Origin: Desulfobacteraceae bacterium
Lineage (GTDB): Bacteria > Desulfobacterota > Desulfobacteria > Desulfobacterales > JACKCP01
Length of the DNA stretch: 52,638 nt
Assembly: GCA_050253255.1 (NCBI GenBank)
Contig: JBFWJK010000003.1
Location: forward strand, 1 to 52,638
Reading direction: 5' to 3'
Below the pieces are notes generated by a model that ran no database searches, was not told where the DNA came from, and saw nothing but the letters and a program-made list of their open reading frames with translations. Within the stretch, counting starts at the first letter, position 1; the number at the start of each line of letters is the position of its first letter. Shown here piece after piece: positions 11,038 to 20,739 of this stretch. Made by a program: the position numbers and the translations under genes.

Positions 11038-12366
11038 TCACTTTTTTCCTGTTTTTTCTCTTCTTGATTCCCAGAATGCGAGCCTTTTTTTTATGAGTGC
11101 TTCGTGACCGAAATCAGAAGGCTCATAAAATTTTATCCCTTTAAGTTCCTCTGGCAGATACTCCTGATCGGCAAATGCATATTCAAAGTCATGGGGATAT
11201 TGATATCCTTTGTGATATCCAAGTTCCTTCATAAGTTTTGTGGGAGCATTTCTCAAATGCATTGGAACTTCAAAAGCCTTGCTTTCCTTAACAGTCTTTT
11301 CCGCTTTTCTCAAGGCAAGATATGACCTGTTGCTTTTTGGAGCTGTTGCAAGATAAACAGCACATTGTGCCATTGCAAGCTTTCCTTCGGGAAGCCCCAT
11401 AAACTTAAAAGCGTCTACAGCGGAAACTGCAATTTTAAGAGCTTCAGGGTCTGCATTTCCAATATCTTCAGATGCAACTGCAACCATTCTTCTTAAAATA
11501 TATAAAGGGTCTTCACCAGAAGACAGCATTCTCTCCATCCAGTAAAGGGCTGCATCAGGGTCACTTCCCCTTAAACTTTTATGAAAGGCTGAAATAAGAT
11601 CAAAGTGATTTTCACCTGATTTATCGTATCTTATAGTTTTTTCACCAAAGACTGCCTTTAGATCCTGTTTTTCGATTCTTTTTTTTGAGGAATCGACACA
11701 GAAGAGAACAAGACTTTCAAGATTGTTGAGACAAAGCCTCAAATCACCCTCACCTGCCGATGCAACCATTGAAAGCACTTCGTCATCAGCTTCCACACCA
11801 AAAATTTTGAGCCCTTTTTCTTCATCATCAAGAGCTTTTTTAAGAACACTTACAATATCATTTTCCTCAAGTGAATTGAGCCTGAAGACCTTGAGTCTTG
11901 AAAGGAGAGGAGAAATAATTTCAAAGGAGGGATTTTCGGTTGTAGCTCCAACAAGTGTAATAAGGCCTTCTTCCACATGCTTTAAAAAGGCGTCCTGCTG
12001 GGATTTGCTGAATCTGTGTATTTCATCAACAAAAAGAACAGTTTTTTTCCTGAATTTAAAAAGCTTTTCCTTTGCCTCTTCAAGAACTTTTCTGACATCT
12101 GCAACACCTGACAGAACAGCTGAAAGCTGGACAAACAAATATCCGCTCTCATTTGACAGGGCTCTTGCAATGGAGGTCTTTCCGCATCCGGGAGGCCCCC
12201 ACAGAAGAAAGGAAAAAATCCTTTTTTCCTTTAACGATGTGCTTAAAAGAGATTTTTCCCCAGTAATATGGGGCTGGCCGATTACTTCAGACAAGGAAGC
12301 CGGCCTCATTCTTTCTGCAAGGGGCTGGTATAAAAGCCTGTCAGTATTCTGCTCAAAAAGATCCAA
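11038..12366 (-). CDS. rarA: Replication-associated recombination protein A (RarA/MgsA AAA+ ATPase)
   Basis: PLAERMRP, GPPGCGKT, VDEIHRF, GATTENP, SAFHKSLRGSD, VPMHLRNAP. Confidence 0.95.
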   Translation of the reverse strand: MDLFEQNTDRLLYQPLAERMRPASLSEVIGQPHITGEKSLLSTSLKEKRIFSFLLWGPPGCGKTSIARALSNESGYLFVQLSAVLSGVADVRKVLEEAKEKLFKFRKKTVLFVDEIHRFSKSQQDAFLKHVEEGLITLVGATTENPSFEIISPLLSRLKVFRLNSLEENDIVSVLKKALDDEEKGLKIFGVEADDEVLSMVASAGEGDLRLCLNNLESLVLFCVDSSKKRIEKQDLKAVFGEKTIRYDKSGENHFDLISAFHKSLRGSDPDAALYWMERMLSSGEDPLYILRRMVAVASEDIGNADPEALKIAVSAVDAFKFMGLPEGKLAMAQCAVYLATAPKSNRSYLALRKAEKTVKESKAFEVPMHLRNAPTKLMKELGYHKGYQYPHDFEYAFADQEYLPEELKGIKFYEPSDFGHEALIKKRLAFWESRREKTGKK

Positions 12367-12368
12367 AA

Positions 12369-13781
12369 TCAGCGCCTTTTTTTAAGTCTCTTGTTTTTGC
12401 CTTTTTTGGTGGGTTTTTTATTGGAAGGCCTTGCGGGAAGCTTTTCCATAAAACCTTCCTTTCCCTTTCTCTGCTTCAGATAAAAAACAACCGGACTCAT
12501 TTCAAGACCTGTTTCTGTTCTTATCTGATTAATAAGGAATCTTTTATAGGAAAAATGAACTGCATCAGGATAGTTTACAAATGATACAAAAGTAGGAGGA
12601 CAGGCTTTTACCTGAGTTGAATAGTAAAATTTCAGCCTTCTGTTTTTGTGATATGGAGGAGTATTTTTTTCAACAGCAGAATTTATAATATCATTTACTT
12701 TTGATGTGGAAATTCTTGTTGAGTATTCCTTATAAACCTTATTTACAAGATCAAAAATCTTGTGGACCCTTTTACCGGTTTTTGCAGAAATTGTAATTAC
12801 CGGAGCATAGGAAAGAAAAGCAGCCTGATACCTCAGGTCATCAACAAAGCGCTTCTGGGCCTTTGAATCCCTTTCAACAAGATCCCATTTATTCAGAACA
12901 AAAATCGCACCGCATCCTCTTTCTTCTGCATAACCTGCAATTTTTACATCCTGATCTGTAACACCTTCCGAGGCATCGATCAAAATCAGGGCAATATCGC
13001 ATTTTTCAAGGCTTTTAAGTGCTTTAATAACTGAAAACTTTTCAATCTTTTCATTGACCTTGCCTTTTCTTCTTATACCTGCTGTATCAACTATAAGGTA
13101 GTTTTTTCCATCAAAACTTATTTTAGAATCTATGGAATCCCTTGTAGTTCCGGGTACATCACTTACAACCATTCTTTCTTCGCCAAGAATTTTGTTTGTA
13201 AGTGAAGATTTTCCTGCATTAGGTCTTCCTACAATCGCAATTTTTATAATATCATCTTCTTCATTTTCTTCATCTTCTTCATCTTCTGAAGGGATATGTT
13301 CGCATACAGCATCTAAAAAATCATTTATTCCATATCCGTGTTCTGCTGAAACAGGAAAAAGATATTCTGTCCCTGTCTGATAAAAATCATAAATAAGGTC
13401 TTCTTTTTCAGGAGAATCTATTTTATTTACAAGAAAAAACTTGGGCTTGTCTATGTCTCTTACAAGATCCAAAAGATCGTAATCATATGATGAAAGGCCT
13501 GATTTACCGTCAAAAACAAGAACAATTATATCACATTCCTTCATACCTGCTTCAAGCTGGGTTTTTATTTCCTTTGCAAATGAATCGGTATCATTTGATA
13601 AAAAACCGCCTGTATCGACAAGAAGAAAAGATTTGTCATCATAAACCACATCACCGTAGTTCCTGTCCCTTGTAACCCCGGGCATATTGTCAACTATTGC
13701 ATCCCTTGACCTTGTGAGTCTGTTGAAAAGGGTCGATTTTCCAACATTGGGTCTTCCAAAGAGAGCTACTGCTTTTTTCAT
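12369..13781 (-). CDS. der: Ribosome biogenesis GTPase Der (EngA)
   Basis: Two GTPase domains (GRPNVGKS/DTGG and GRPNAGKS/DTAG), acidic linker, C-terminal KH-like domain. Confidence 0.97.
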   Translation of the reverse strand: MKKAVALFGRPNVGKSTLFNRLTRSRDAIVDNMPGVTRDRNYGDVVYDDKSFLLVDTGGFLSNDTDSFAKEIKTQLEAGMKECDIIVLVFDGKSGLSSYDYDLLDLVRDIDKPKFFLVNKIDSPEKEDLIYDFYQTGTEYLFPVSAEHGYGINDFLDAVCEHIPSEDEEDEENEEDDIIKIAIVGRPNAGKSSLTNKILGEERMVVSDVPGTTRDSIDSKISFDGKNYLIVDTAGIRRKGKVNEKIEKFSVIKALKSLEKCDIALILIDASEGVTDQDVKIAGYAEERGCGAIFVLNKWDLVERDSKAQKRFVDDLRYQAAFLSYAPVITISAKTGKRVHKIFDLVNKVYKEYSTRISTSKVNDIINSAVEKNTPPYHKNRRLKFYYSTQVKACPPTFVSFVNYPDAVHFSYKRFLINQIRTETGLEMSPVVFYLKQRKGKEGFMEKLPARPSNKKPTKKGKNKRLKKRR

Positions 13782-13939
13782 TACACTTCTACCTTAATTT
13801 ATATTAAGAAAACTGAATTTTTTGACACATTTTCTGAAAATATGCAATAAATTTAGTAATTTTAATATAATTTAATAAACTTCCGGGAACAATAACAAAA
13901 CGTATAATCTTTTAACCGGGAAAAAATCTGCCGCTATTT

Positions 13940-15487
13940 TTACTGTTTCTGGCGCTCTAAAATATAATTTACGGCCTGGCTTACCGTAAGCCTGCTGCAG
14001 GAAGGACCGGAACGGATAAAAAATTCCTCCTCCTTATTCTGAGTAAGGTAGGCAGGAGTTTTTGACGGCTCAACTCTTATTTCCACAACATCTTTTTCCA
14101 GCACATTATGTATGCTTATACTCAGATATCTGTGAAACTCAGTTCCTATGCACTGCTTTATCAGATTTGTCACATGAAGTATGCATTTATCCTGGCTTGA
14201 AAAATTATCAGGTTCAAGCCCAAGCACTTCACCGTCATCCGCAACTCCCAGGAATACACAACCGCCGTTGGAGTTAAGGAATGCAGCAACATTTTTCAGC
14301 CAGGCATGTTCAATTTCCCTTCCGTTCTTTTCCGACTTCAGGTTGAAGCGCACTGTTGATTTAAACTCAAGATTTTCACTTTCTCCCCTGGAAATCAGAT
14401 CTAGAATTCTCTCTTCATCTGTTTTTGATTCACTGCTGTGCAGAGCATCCAGCTGTGAAGCTGTTCTGCGGTATGTTCTGATCAGAGCTGCAAAAAACAG
14501 TGCCCCAATGCCAATTACACCTGACAGCACTCCGTACCATTTATAACGACTCGATGAAACCTCCGGAACAAGTTCAGACTCAGGAGTTATCATTCCTATG
14601 AGCACATTGCTGTTTTTTTCTGATCTTAAAATTCCGGTCCACCACATGTCATCTCCAATAAGATATGAGGAGAATGTTTTATTTCCTGAAAGAGATTTTG
14701 AATCTTCAAAAATTTTACCCATCAGCTGTTTCTGCTGTTCGGTTATCTTTTCATCCATAGACAGATTGTTCAGCAGTGTCACCACATGCCCCGAAGGCGA
14801 AAAAAGAAAAATATGATTTTTTTTATGGAGATAATTTTTTGTGTCTCCGGATGTAATTTCATCCATTGTAATCTCAAACATCACCACGCCATTTTTCCCT
14901 TCGGCCTTGTCTGTATAGGGCATGGCAAGACTGCCGGTGCTGTTTTGACTGAATATATGATTCTGGGTAAACACTCCCTTACCCTCTGACACTGCATTTT
15001 TATACCATAGTGTATTCCTGAGATCTTCGATTTTTACGGTCAGAGGAACTGATTTTCTGTTATTTTCCGGATCGATTTCCCATTGCTCTGACTTACCATC
15101 CACAACCATTACCATATCCACTGAAGAGCCTTTTTTTATAAGTGCCGCAGTATCACCGTTTTCACTTACAAGACATAAGGCCAAAATATTTTTATACTGC
15201 CGGAGCAGCTGGACAAACTGCGACTGCAGGGCATCTTCATCTTCAATTTTAATAAGTCCGCTCTCTCCCCAGCTTTTTGCCATTTCCAGATTGGAATTTA
15301 TGCTGTCGAGATTCATGGTCATTTCAATATCTGCTTTTTCAAGGGTAGATTCCATAACTGCAGATATGGTCTGGCGCTTTACACTGTTAATCTGCACAAG
15401 AGAAAAAACTGACATCGCAAGCACAAGTGCTGCCACTATAAAAATTAAAAACTTCAGAAAACTCTTTATATCGACATGGGATTTCAT
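13940..15487 (-). CDS. Membrane protein: TM, Cache-like extracytoplasmic region, TM, C-terminal Schlafen/AlbA_2 domain
   Basis: TM near aa 10-32 and aa 316-336; 'DLRNTLWYKNAV' Cache-like motif; C-terminal 'GESENLEFKS...VAAFLNSNGG.VFLGV.DDG' AlbA_2 signature. Confidence 0.8.
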   Translation of the reverse strand: MKSHVDIKSFLKFLIFIVAALVLAMSVFSLVQINSVKRQTISAVMESTLEKADIEMTMNLDSINSNLEMAKSWGESGLIKIEDEDALQSQFVQLLRQYKNILALCLVSENGDTAALIKKGSSVDMVMVVDGKSEQWEIDPENNRKSVPLTVKIEDLRNTLWYKNAVSEGKGVFTQNHIFSQNSTGSLAMPYTDKAEGKNGVVMFEITMDEITSGDTKNYLHKKNHIFLFSPSGHVVTLLNNLSMDEKITEQQKQLMGKIFEDSKSLSGNKTFSSYLIGDDMWWTGILRSEKNSNVLIGMITPESELVPEVSSSRYKWYGVLSGVIGIGALFFAALIRTYRRTASQLDALHSSESKTDEERILDLISRGESENLEFKSTVRFNLKSEKNGREIEHAWLKNVAAFLNSNGGCVFLGVADDGEVLGLEPDNFSSQDKCILHVTNLIKQCIGTEFHRYLSISIHNVLEKDVVEIRVEPSKTPAYLTQNKEEEFFIRSGPSCSRLTVSQAVNYILERQKQ

Positions 15488-15713
15488 GAGGCCTCATTTG
15501 TTGGTAAGAACAGGTCTTTTGTTTACCAAAAAAAGTTTTTTATTTCAATACCAAGCAGCAGGTAAAGCAGACCTTAATCCTATGCATTGATTGTATGCCG
15601 CCAGATATGTTATTATCCCAAAATCCATAATATGCAGACATAAAACCGGGATTACGGCTGACCTCTTTTCAAGACCTTGGTCTGCATTCACCTGAAAACC
15701 ATTAACCAGGGTT

Positions 15714-16859
15714 ATGACAATGCAGACACAATTATACAAAAAACTTGCAGATCACCTTGACTCTCTTCCAGGAGGGTTCCCGGGTACAGAGTCGGGAGTT
15801 GAGCTGAAAATTCTTGAACTCCTTTTCACTGAGGAAGAAGCAAAACTTGCTCTCCACCTCACCCTCATGGCCGAAAACGCACGCACAATAGCTTTCAGAG
15901 CAAAAAAAAATACAGAAGAAACAAGCAGGCTTCTGGAAAAGATGGCATCAAGGGGTCTTATACTTAGAACCAAAAACCCGGACAAGGAACCGAAATATAT
16001 GGCTCTCCAGTATGTTGTAGGGATCTGGGAATTCCAGGTGGACAGACTCACTCCGAAACTTCTTGAATACATGGAAGAATACATACCTCATCTTCTTGAT
16101 GTGAAAACATGGAAAAAAACCCCGCAGATGAGAACAATTCCAATTGGTGAAAGCATTGACAACAGGCTGAAGGTAATGACCTATGAAAATGCGTACAAGC
16201 TTGTCGAAAGGAAAAAAAATTTTGTTATAAGTCCGTGCATCTGCAGAAAAGAAATGGATCTTCAGGGAAAAGGATGCGGAAAACCTGTTGATACATGCAT
16301 TTCCTTTGGAGATGAGGAAGATTTTTATATAAAAAACAATATTGGAAGAAAAGCTTCTAAACAGGAAGTTATCGATGTATTAAAACTGTCAAACAAAAAA
16401 GGGCTTGTCCTGCAGCCAAGCAACGGCAAGGACATTCACTGGCTCTGCTGCTGCTGCGGATGCTGCTGCGGAATTCTCAGAACCGCAAAAACATATCCAA
16501 AGCCTGCGGATTTTCTCTCCTCACCTTTCAGGGTCTTTGTATCGGATGACAGCTGCACAGGCTGCGGCCTGTGTCTTAAAAGATGCCCGATGGATGCTCT
16601 GAAAATAAAAGAGAAAAAAGTCATTGTTGACTATGACAGATGCATCGGCTGCGGGCTGTGTGTTTCAACCTGCCCCTCAGAAACACTTAAGCTTGAAAGA
16701 AAACCCAGAGGGTCTTTCCCGGCAGTTTCAAGCAATATTGTAACAGCTTCACTTAAAATTCTTCACTCAAGAGGAAAAACAAGCCCCATGGAAATCTCCA
16801 AAATGATAGGGAAATCTTTTTTTGACAGATACAAGTCAGGAACCCTTAAAAAGAAATAA
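15714..16859 (+). CDS. 4Fe-4S dicluster (ferredoxin) domain protein with N-terminal wHTH-like region
   Basis: CICR, CCCCGCCCG, two CxxCxxCxxxCP motifs. Confidence 0.85.
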   Translation: MTMQTQLYKKLADHLDSLPGGFPGTESGVELKILELLFTEEEAKLALHLTLMAENARTIAFRAKKNTEETSRLLEKMASRGLILRTKNPDKEPKYMALQYVVGIWEFQVDRLTPKLLEYMEEYIPHLLDVKTWKKTPQMRTIPIGESIDNRLKVMTYENAYKLVERKKNFVISPCICRKEMDLQGKGCGKPVDTCISFGDEEDFYIKNNIGRKASKQEVIDVLKLSNKKGLVLQPSNGKDIHWLCCCCGCCCGILRTAKTYPKPADFLSSPFRVFVSDDSCTGCGLCLKRCPMDALKIKEKKVIVDYDRCIGCGLCVSTCPSETLKLERKPRGSFPAVSSNIVTASLKILHSRGKTSPMEISKMIGKSFFDRYKSGTLKKK

Positions 16860-16873
16860 CCTGCAAAAGTGGA

Positions 16874-17773
16874 TTGTCGACGAAAATGAAGTTTATTAAA
16901 ACTCTGTTATTCTTAATACGGGAAGCCCTTCTGAAGTTTAAAAATGACGACTGCATAACCCTGGCCTCTGCAATTTCATTTGTCTTTATGCTCTCTTTAA
17001 TACCTTTTCTGACTCTTGCCGCAAAAATATTCGGACTGATACAAAACTACTTCATTTACAAGGGCCGGTTTGTCAACCATACAGACCTTATTATCAGCGA
17101 ACTGCACAAAATAATACCATTTGTCTCTTCTGAATGGTTCAGGACAAATACAGTAACAAGCGGTTCAAAGTCACTGACTTTTTTCAGCCTGATCATGCTT
17201 CCGGTAATAAGCGGAATTATCTTCCACGAGCTTGAAACTGCATACAGAAAAATATTTTCAATACCTGCAAGAATGATTATTGTGAATCAGTTTTTTTATG
17301 CCTTATTCACAATAGCTGTTCTTCTTTTAATTTTTACGGCCAACTTTGCGTGGGTAGTTTTGTCTTCCATATTGACAAACATTACAGCTGCATTTCATGA
17401 CAGCCCTGCAATATTCAGGTTTCTTCAGGCTTTGAAAACCTTTAATTTTTTCAGCGTTGACATGATTTCATTAATTATTCTCATGCTTTTTTTCATAATA
17501 ACTTCAGTTATTTTCCTTCCTTCCAATATTCATATTAAAATCAAACACAGACTTGTTTCAGCCTTTATTTTCGCTTTTCTCTGGAACACTGCCAAAACCA
17601 TCTTCTCATTTTACATAAGAAACATTTCAATTGTTAACCTGATTTACGGCTCAATAAGCTCAGTAATAATAATTCTCATATGGATATTCTATTCTTCTGC
17701 TATTTTACTTTTTTCAGTTCAGATAATGTTCCAGCTTTATAAAAGAGATTCTGAGCCTTCACCTGAACAATAA
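16874..17773 (+). CDS. YihY/virulence factor BrkB family membrane protein
   Basis: 'KFKNDDC..LASAISF..MLSLIP' and 'IYGSISSVIIILIWIFYSS.ILL' motifs; true start may be the ATG 4 codons in. Confidence 0.85.
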   Translation: MSTKMKFIKTLLFLIREALLKFKNDDCITLASAISFVFMLSLIPFLTLAAKIFGLIQNYFIYKGRFVNHTDLIISELHKIIPFVSSEWFRTNTVTSGSKSLTFFSLIMLPVISGIIFHELETAYRKIFSIPARMIIVNQFFYALFTIAVLLLIFTANFAWVVLSSILTNITAAFHDSPAIFRFLQALKTFNFFSVDMISLIILMLFFIITSVIFLPSNIHIKIKHRLVSAFIFAFLWNTAKTIFSFYIRNISIVNLIYGSISSVIIILIWIFYSSAILLFSVQIMFQLYKRDSEPSPEQ

Positions 17774-17960
17774 AGAGCAAATGAGATATTCTGCCGCAGG
17801 CATTAAAAATCTCAAAATAAACTGAAGTGTTTAAAATTTTACAATCATACAAAAATAATTTATTCTTAAAAAAATTATTCTTATCAAAAAAAAACAGCTG
17901 GACAACTTACTGGCAGGCTCCTAAACAAACGATACAACTATCTGATTACAGGAGAAAAAT

Positions 17961-19124
17961 ATGCTCAAATCAATCAGGAGTTTAAGAAAATTCATAGCAC
18001 CGGAAATAATATTTGGAAACGGCTCAAGAATGCTTGCCGGGCAATACTGCAGAAACTTTCATACAAAAAAAGCCCTTGTTGTTTCAGATCCCGGAGTGAT
18101 TAAAGCCGGATGGGCAGATGAAGTTATTCAAAGCCTTGCCGAATCTCGGATTAATTATACTCTTTTTTCAGATATAAGCCCTAATCCCAGAGAACATGAG
18201 GTAATGACCGGAGCAGAAACCTATCTTGCCCAAAAATGTGACTCAATTGTGGCTGTAGGGGGAGGAAGCCCCATGGACTGTGCAAAAGGAATAGGGATTG
18301 TTGCCGCAAACCAGGGACATATACTTGATTATCAGGGCATAGACAAAATTTCAAATCCTCTTCCCCCGATGATTTTTATTCCGACAACAGCAGGAACCTC
18401 GGCAGATGTGTCACAGTTTGCAATTATTGCCGACACATATGAACTTGTCAAAATTGCAATTGTAAGCAAGATAATTCTTCCTGACGTTGCCCTCATCGAC
18501 CCTGAAACAACCCTGACAATGGATAAATATCTTACGGCATGCACAGGAATGGATGCTCTTGTTCATGCAATAGAGGCCTTTGTTTCAAAAGCCTCTTCCC
18601 CGCTCACTGATGTACATGCCCTGGAAGCGGTAAGAATACTGACTGAAAATCTGCCAAAAGTTTACTCAGACCCGGACAATATAAAAGCAAGAAACAGTGT
18701 CATGTTCGGAAGCATGGAGGCCGGCCTTGCCTTTTCAAATGCAATACTTGGTGCAGTCCATGCCATGTCCCACAGCCTGGGCGGCCTGATGGACCTTGCC
18801 CACGGGGAATGCAATTCAATGCTGCTCGAACATGTCATAAACTATAACTTCAACTCTCTGCCCCACCGTTTTTCAATAATTGCTGAAAGCATGAGTATTG
18901 ACACAAGAGGATTGAGTCAGGATCAGATAAGAAAAAAAATGTTTTCAAAAATAAGGGAACTGAAAAATATTACAGGAATAACAAACACTTTGAAGGACAC
19001 AGGAGTAAAAAGCTCAGATATTCCGGTTCTTGCTTCAAAAGCTCTAAATGATGCCTGCATTGTTACAAATCCAAAAAAAGCAGTAAAAAGGGACATTGAG
19101 ATAATATATGAAGAAGCCATGTGA
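17961..19124 (+). CDS. ercA: Iron-containing alcohol dehydrogenase-like protein, ErcA type
   Basis: RKFIAPEIIFG, GGGSPMD, PTTAGTSADVSQF, DALVHAIE, HAMSH...HG; overlaps the downstream kinase. Confidence 0.8.
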   Translation: MLKSIRSLRKFIAPEIIFGNGSRMLAGQYCRNFHTKKALVVSDPGVIKAGWADEVIQSLAESRINYTLFSDISPNPREHEVMTGAETYLAQKCDSIVAVGGGSPMDCAKGIGIVAANQGHILDYQGIDKISNPLPPMIFIPTTAGTSADVSQFAIIADTYELVKIAIVSKIILPDVALIDPETTLTMDKYLTACTGMDALVHAIEAFVSKASSPLTDVHALEAVRILTENLPKVYSDPDNIKARNSVMFGSMEAGLAFSNAILGAVHAMSHSLGGLMDLAHGECNSMLLEHVINYNFNSLPHRFSIIAESMSIDTRGLSQDQIRKKMFSKIRELKNITGITNTLKDTGVKSSDIPVLASKALNDACIVTNPKKAVKRDIEIIYEEAM

Positions 19125-20718
19125 AAATCCTGAAAACGATATTCTCGAAAAACTGATAGGCCTTGGAAGTTCATCAATTCAGAAAAGCTATTATCCGCAG
19201 CTTCAGAAAAAAATTGAAGAACTGGAAGAGGAAAGGAAAAAATACAAATCCTTTTTCAACAATGCCTTTAACGGAATACTCAGAGTAGACAGAAACGGGG
19301 AAATATTTGAAGCAAACCCTGCAATTCTTCACATGACAGGCTTCGGCAGCACCAGTTCCGGGCTTAAAGGGAGAAATTTTCAACAAGACCTCATGGTATA
19401 TCCTGATGAGTGGGGTTTAATAATAAAAGAACTCGAACTGAACAAACCTGTAAAGAATTTTCAGATTAAATTAAAAAAAGAGAATCAAAAAGAATTATCA
19501 GTTTCTGCAAATATTTTAAAATCAGAGCACAATGAAAATATAATTGAAATCTTCTGTGAAAATATTTCTGAAAAAAAAAGAATGGAGGAAGAACTTGCAC
19601 ACAGGCAGAAAATGGATGCACTTGGACAGCTTGCAGCAGGAATTGCCCATGATTTCAACAATGTCCTCACAGGGATTTTAGGTTCATGCGAACTTGTCTA
19701 CAATCATGTTGATGACGACTACAAAAAATTTGTTGATACAATAAACTATTCAGCAAAAAGAGCAGCAGCTCTTATTTCTCAGCTTCTGACTTTCAGCAGA
19801 AAAGGCCCGCTCACCCTTCTGGAGCTTGATATTCATAAACTAATTGATAACACAGTTGAAATTCTTGAAAGAAGCATAGATAAAAAAATCATCATTTCAA
19901 AGGATTTTCAGGCTTTTGACCCTTTGATTACCGGAGATGAGTCTCTGATTCAGAATGCCCTTCTCAACCTTGGAATCAATGCAAAAGACGCCATGTCAAA
20001 AGGCGGAGTTCTTTTTTTCAGAACAAAAAACAAAGTAATCGACGATAATACAATTAAATATCTTCCATATGAAATAAACCCCGGAAACTATCTTGAAATA
20101 GAAGTTGAAGATTCAGGAGACGGAATACCTTTTAATATAATTTCAAAAATTTTCGATCCGTTTTTCACCACAAAAGAAACAGGTAAAGGCTCTGGTCTCG
20201 GGCTTTCATCAGTATACGGAACAGTAAAAAAACACAACGGAGTAATTACAGTCTACAGCGAACCCGAAAAGGGAACTTCCTTTAAAATACTCCTTCCTCT
20301 GTCAAAAAATAAAACCGCCCATGAAAATTCCGATTCAAAAGAATTTTTAACCGGCAGCGGCACAATTCTCCTGGCAGATGATGAAGAGTCCATAAGGCTT
20401 ACATCTTCGGCTCTTCTCAAAACCCTTGGCTACACTGTTGAAACAGCGGAAAACGGATTTGAAGCTCTGCAGATATACAAAAAGAATCCTGAAAAATACG
20501 ACATTGTAATTCTTGATATGGTCATGCCTCTCATGGACGGCAAAGAAACTTTTTTTGAAATAAAAAAAATTAATCCCCTTGCAAAAATAATAGTTTCATC
20601 CGGATTTTCAAAAGAGAGTGAAATCAAAATTTTAAATAAAAACGGGTTATGCGGTTTTATAAAAAAACCTTTCAGCAGGTCAGTTTTAAGCCGGATTTTA
20701 TTTTCTGCACTAAGTTAA
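19108..20718 (+). CDS. Hybrid sensor histidine kinase (PAS-HisKA-HATPase-REC), ErcS-like
   Basis: N-terminal LIGLG...KSYYPQL, H-box AHDFNN, PFFTTK..GKGSGLGL, receiver ADDE...DMVMP...KP. Confidence 0.9.
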   Translation: MKKPCENPENDILEKLIGLGSSSIQKSYYPQLQKKIEELEEERKKYKSFFNNAFNGILRVDRNGEIFEANPAILHMTGFGSTSSGLKGRNFQQDLMVYPDEWGLIIKELELNKPVKNFQIKLKKENQKELSVSANILKSEHNENIIEIFCENISEKKRMEEELAHRQKMDALGQLAAGIAHDFNNVLTGILGSCELVYNHVDDDYKKFVDTINYSAKRAAALISQLLTFSRKGPLTLLELDIHKLIDNTVEILERSIDKKIIISKDFQAFDPLITGDESLIQNALLNLGINAKDAMSKGGVLFFRTKNKVIDDNTIKYLPYEINPGNYLEIEVEDSGDGIPFNIISKIFDPFFTTKETGKGSGLGLSSVYGTVKKHNGVITVYSEPEKGTSFKILLPLSKNKTAHENSDSKEFLTGSGTILLADDEESIRLTSSALLKTLGYTVETAENGFEALQIYKKNPEKYDIVILDMVMPLMDGKETFFEIKKINPLAKIIVSSGFSKESEIKILNKNGLCGFIKKPFSRSVLSRILFSALS

Positions 20719-20739
20719 AAACAGCATCAGGAGCAGCTA

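Noticed and set aside
11723-12385. 220-aa plus-strand ORF, and similar Ser-rich antisense ORFs across the window
   Set aside because: Antisense shadows of well-supported genes such as rarA, with no recognisable motifs
16444-16471. TGC triplet run as a possible contingency repeat
   Set aside because: It encodes the Cys-rich CCCCGCCC metal-binding motif typical of this ferredoxin family
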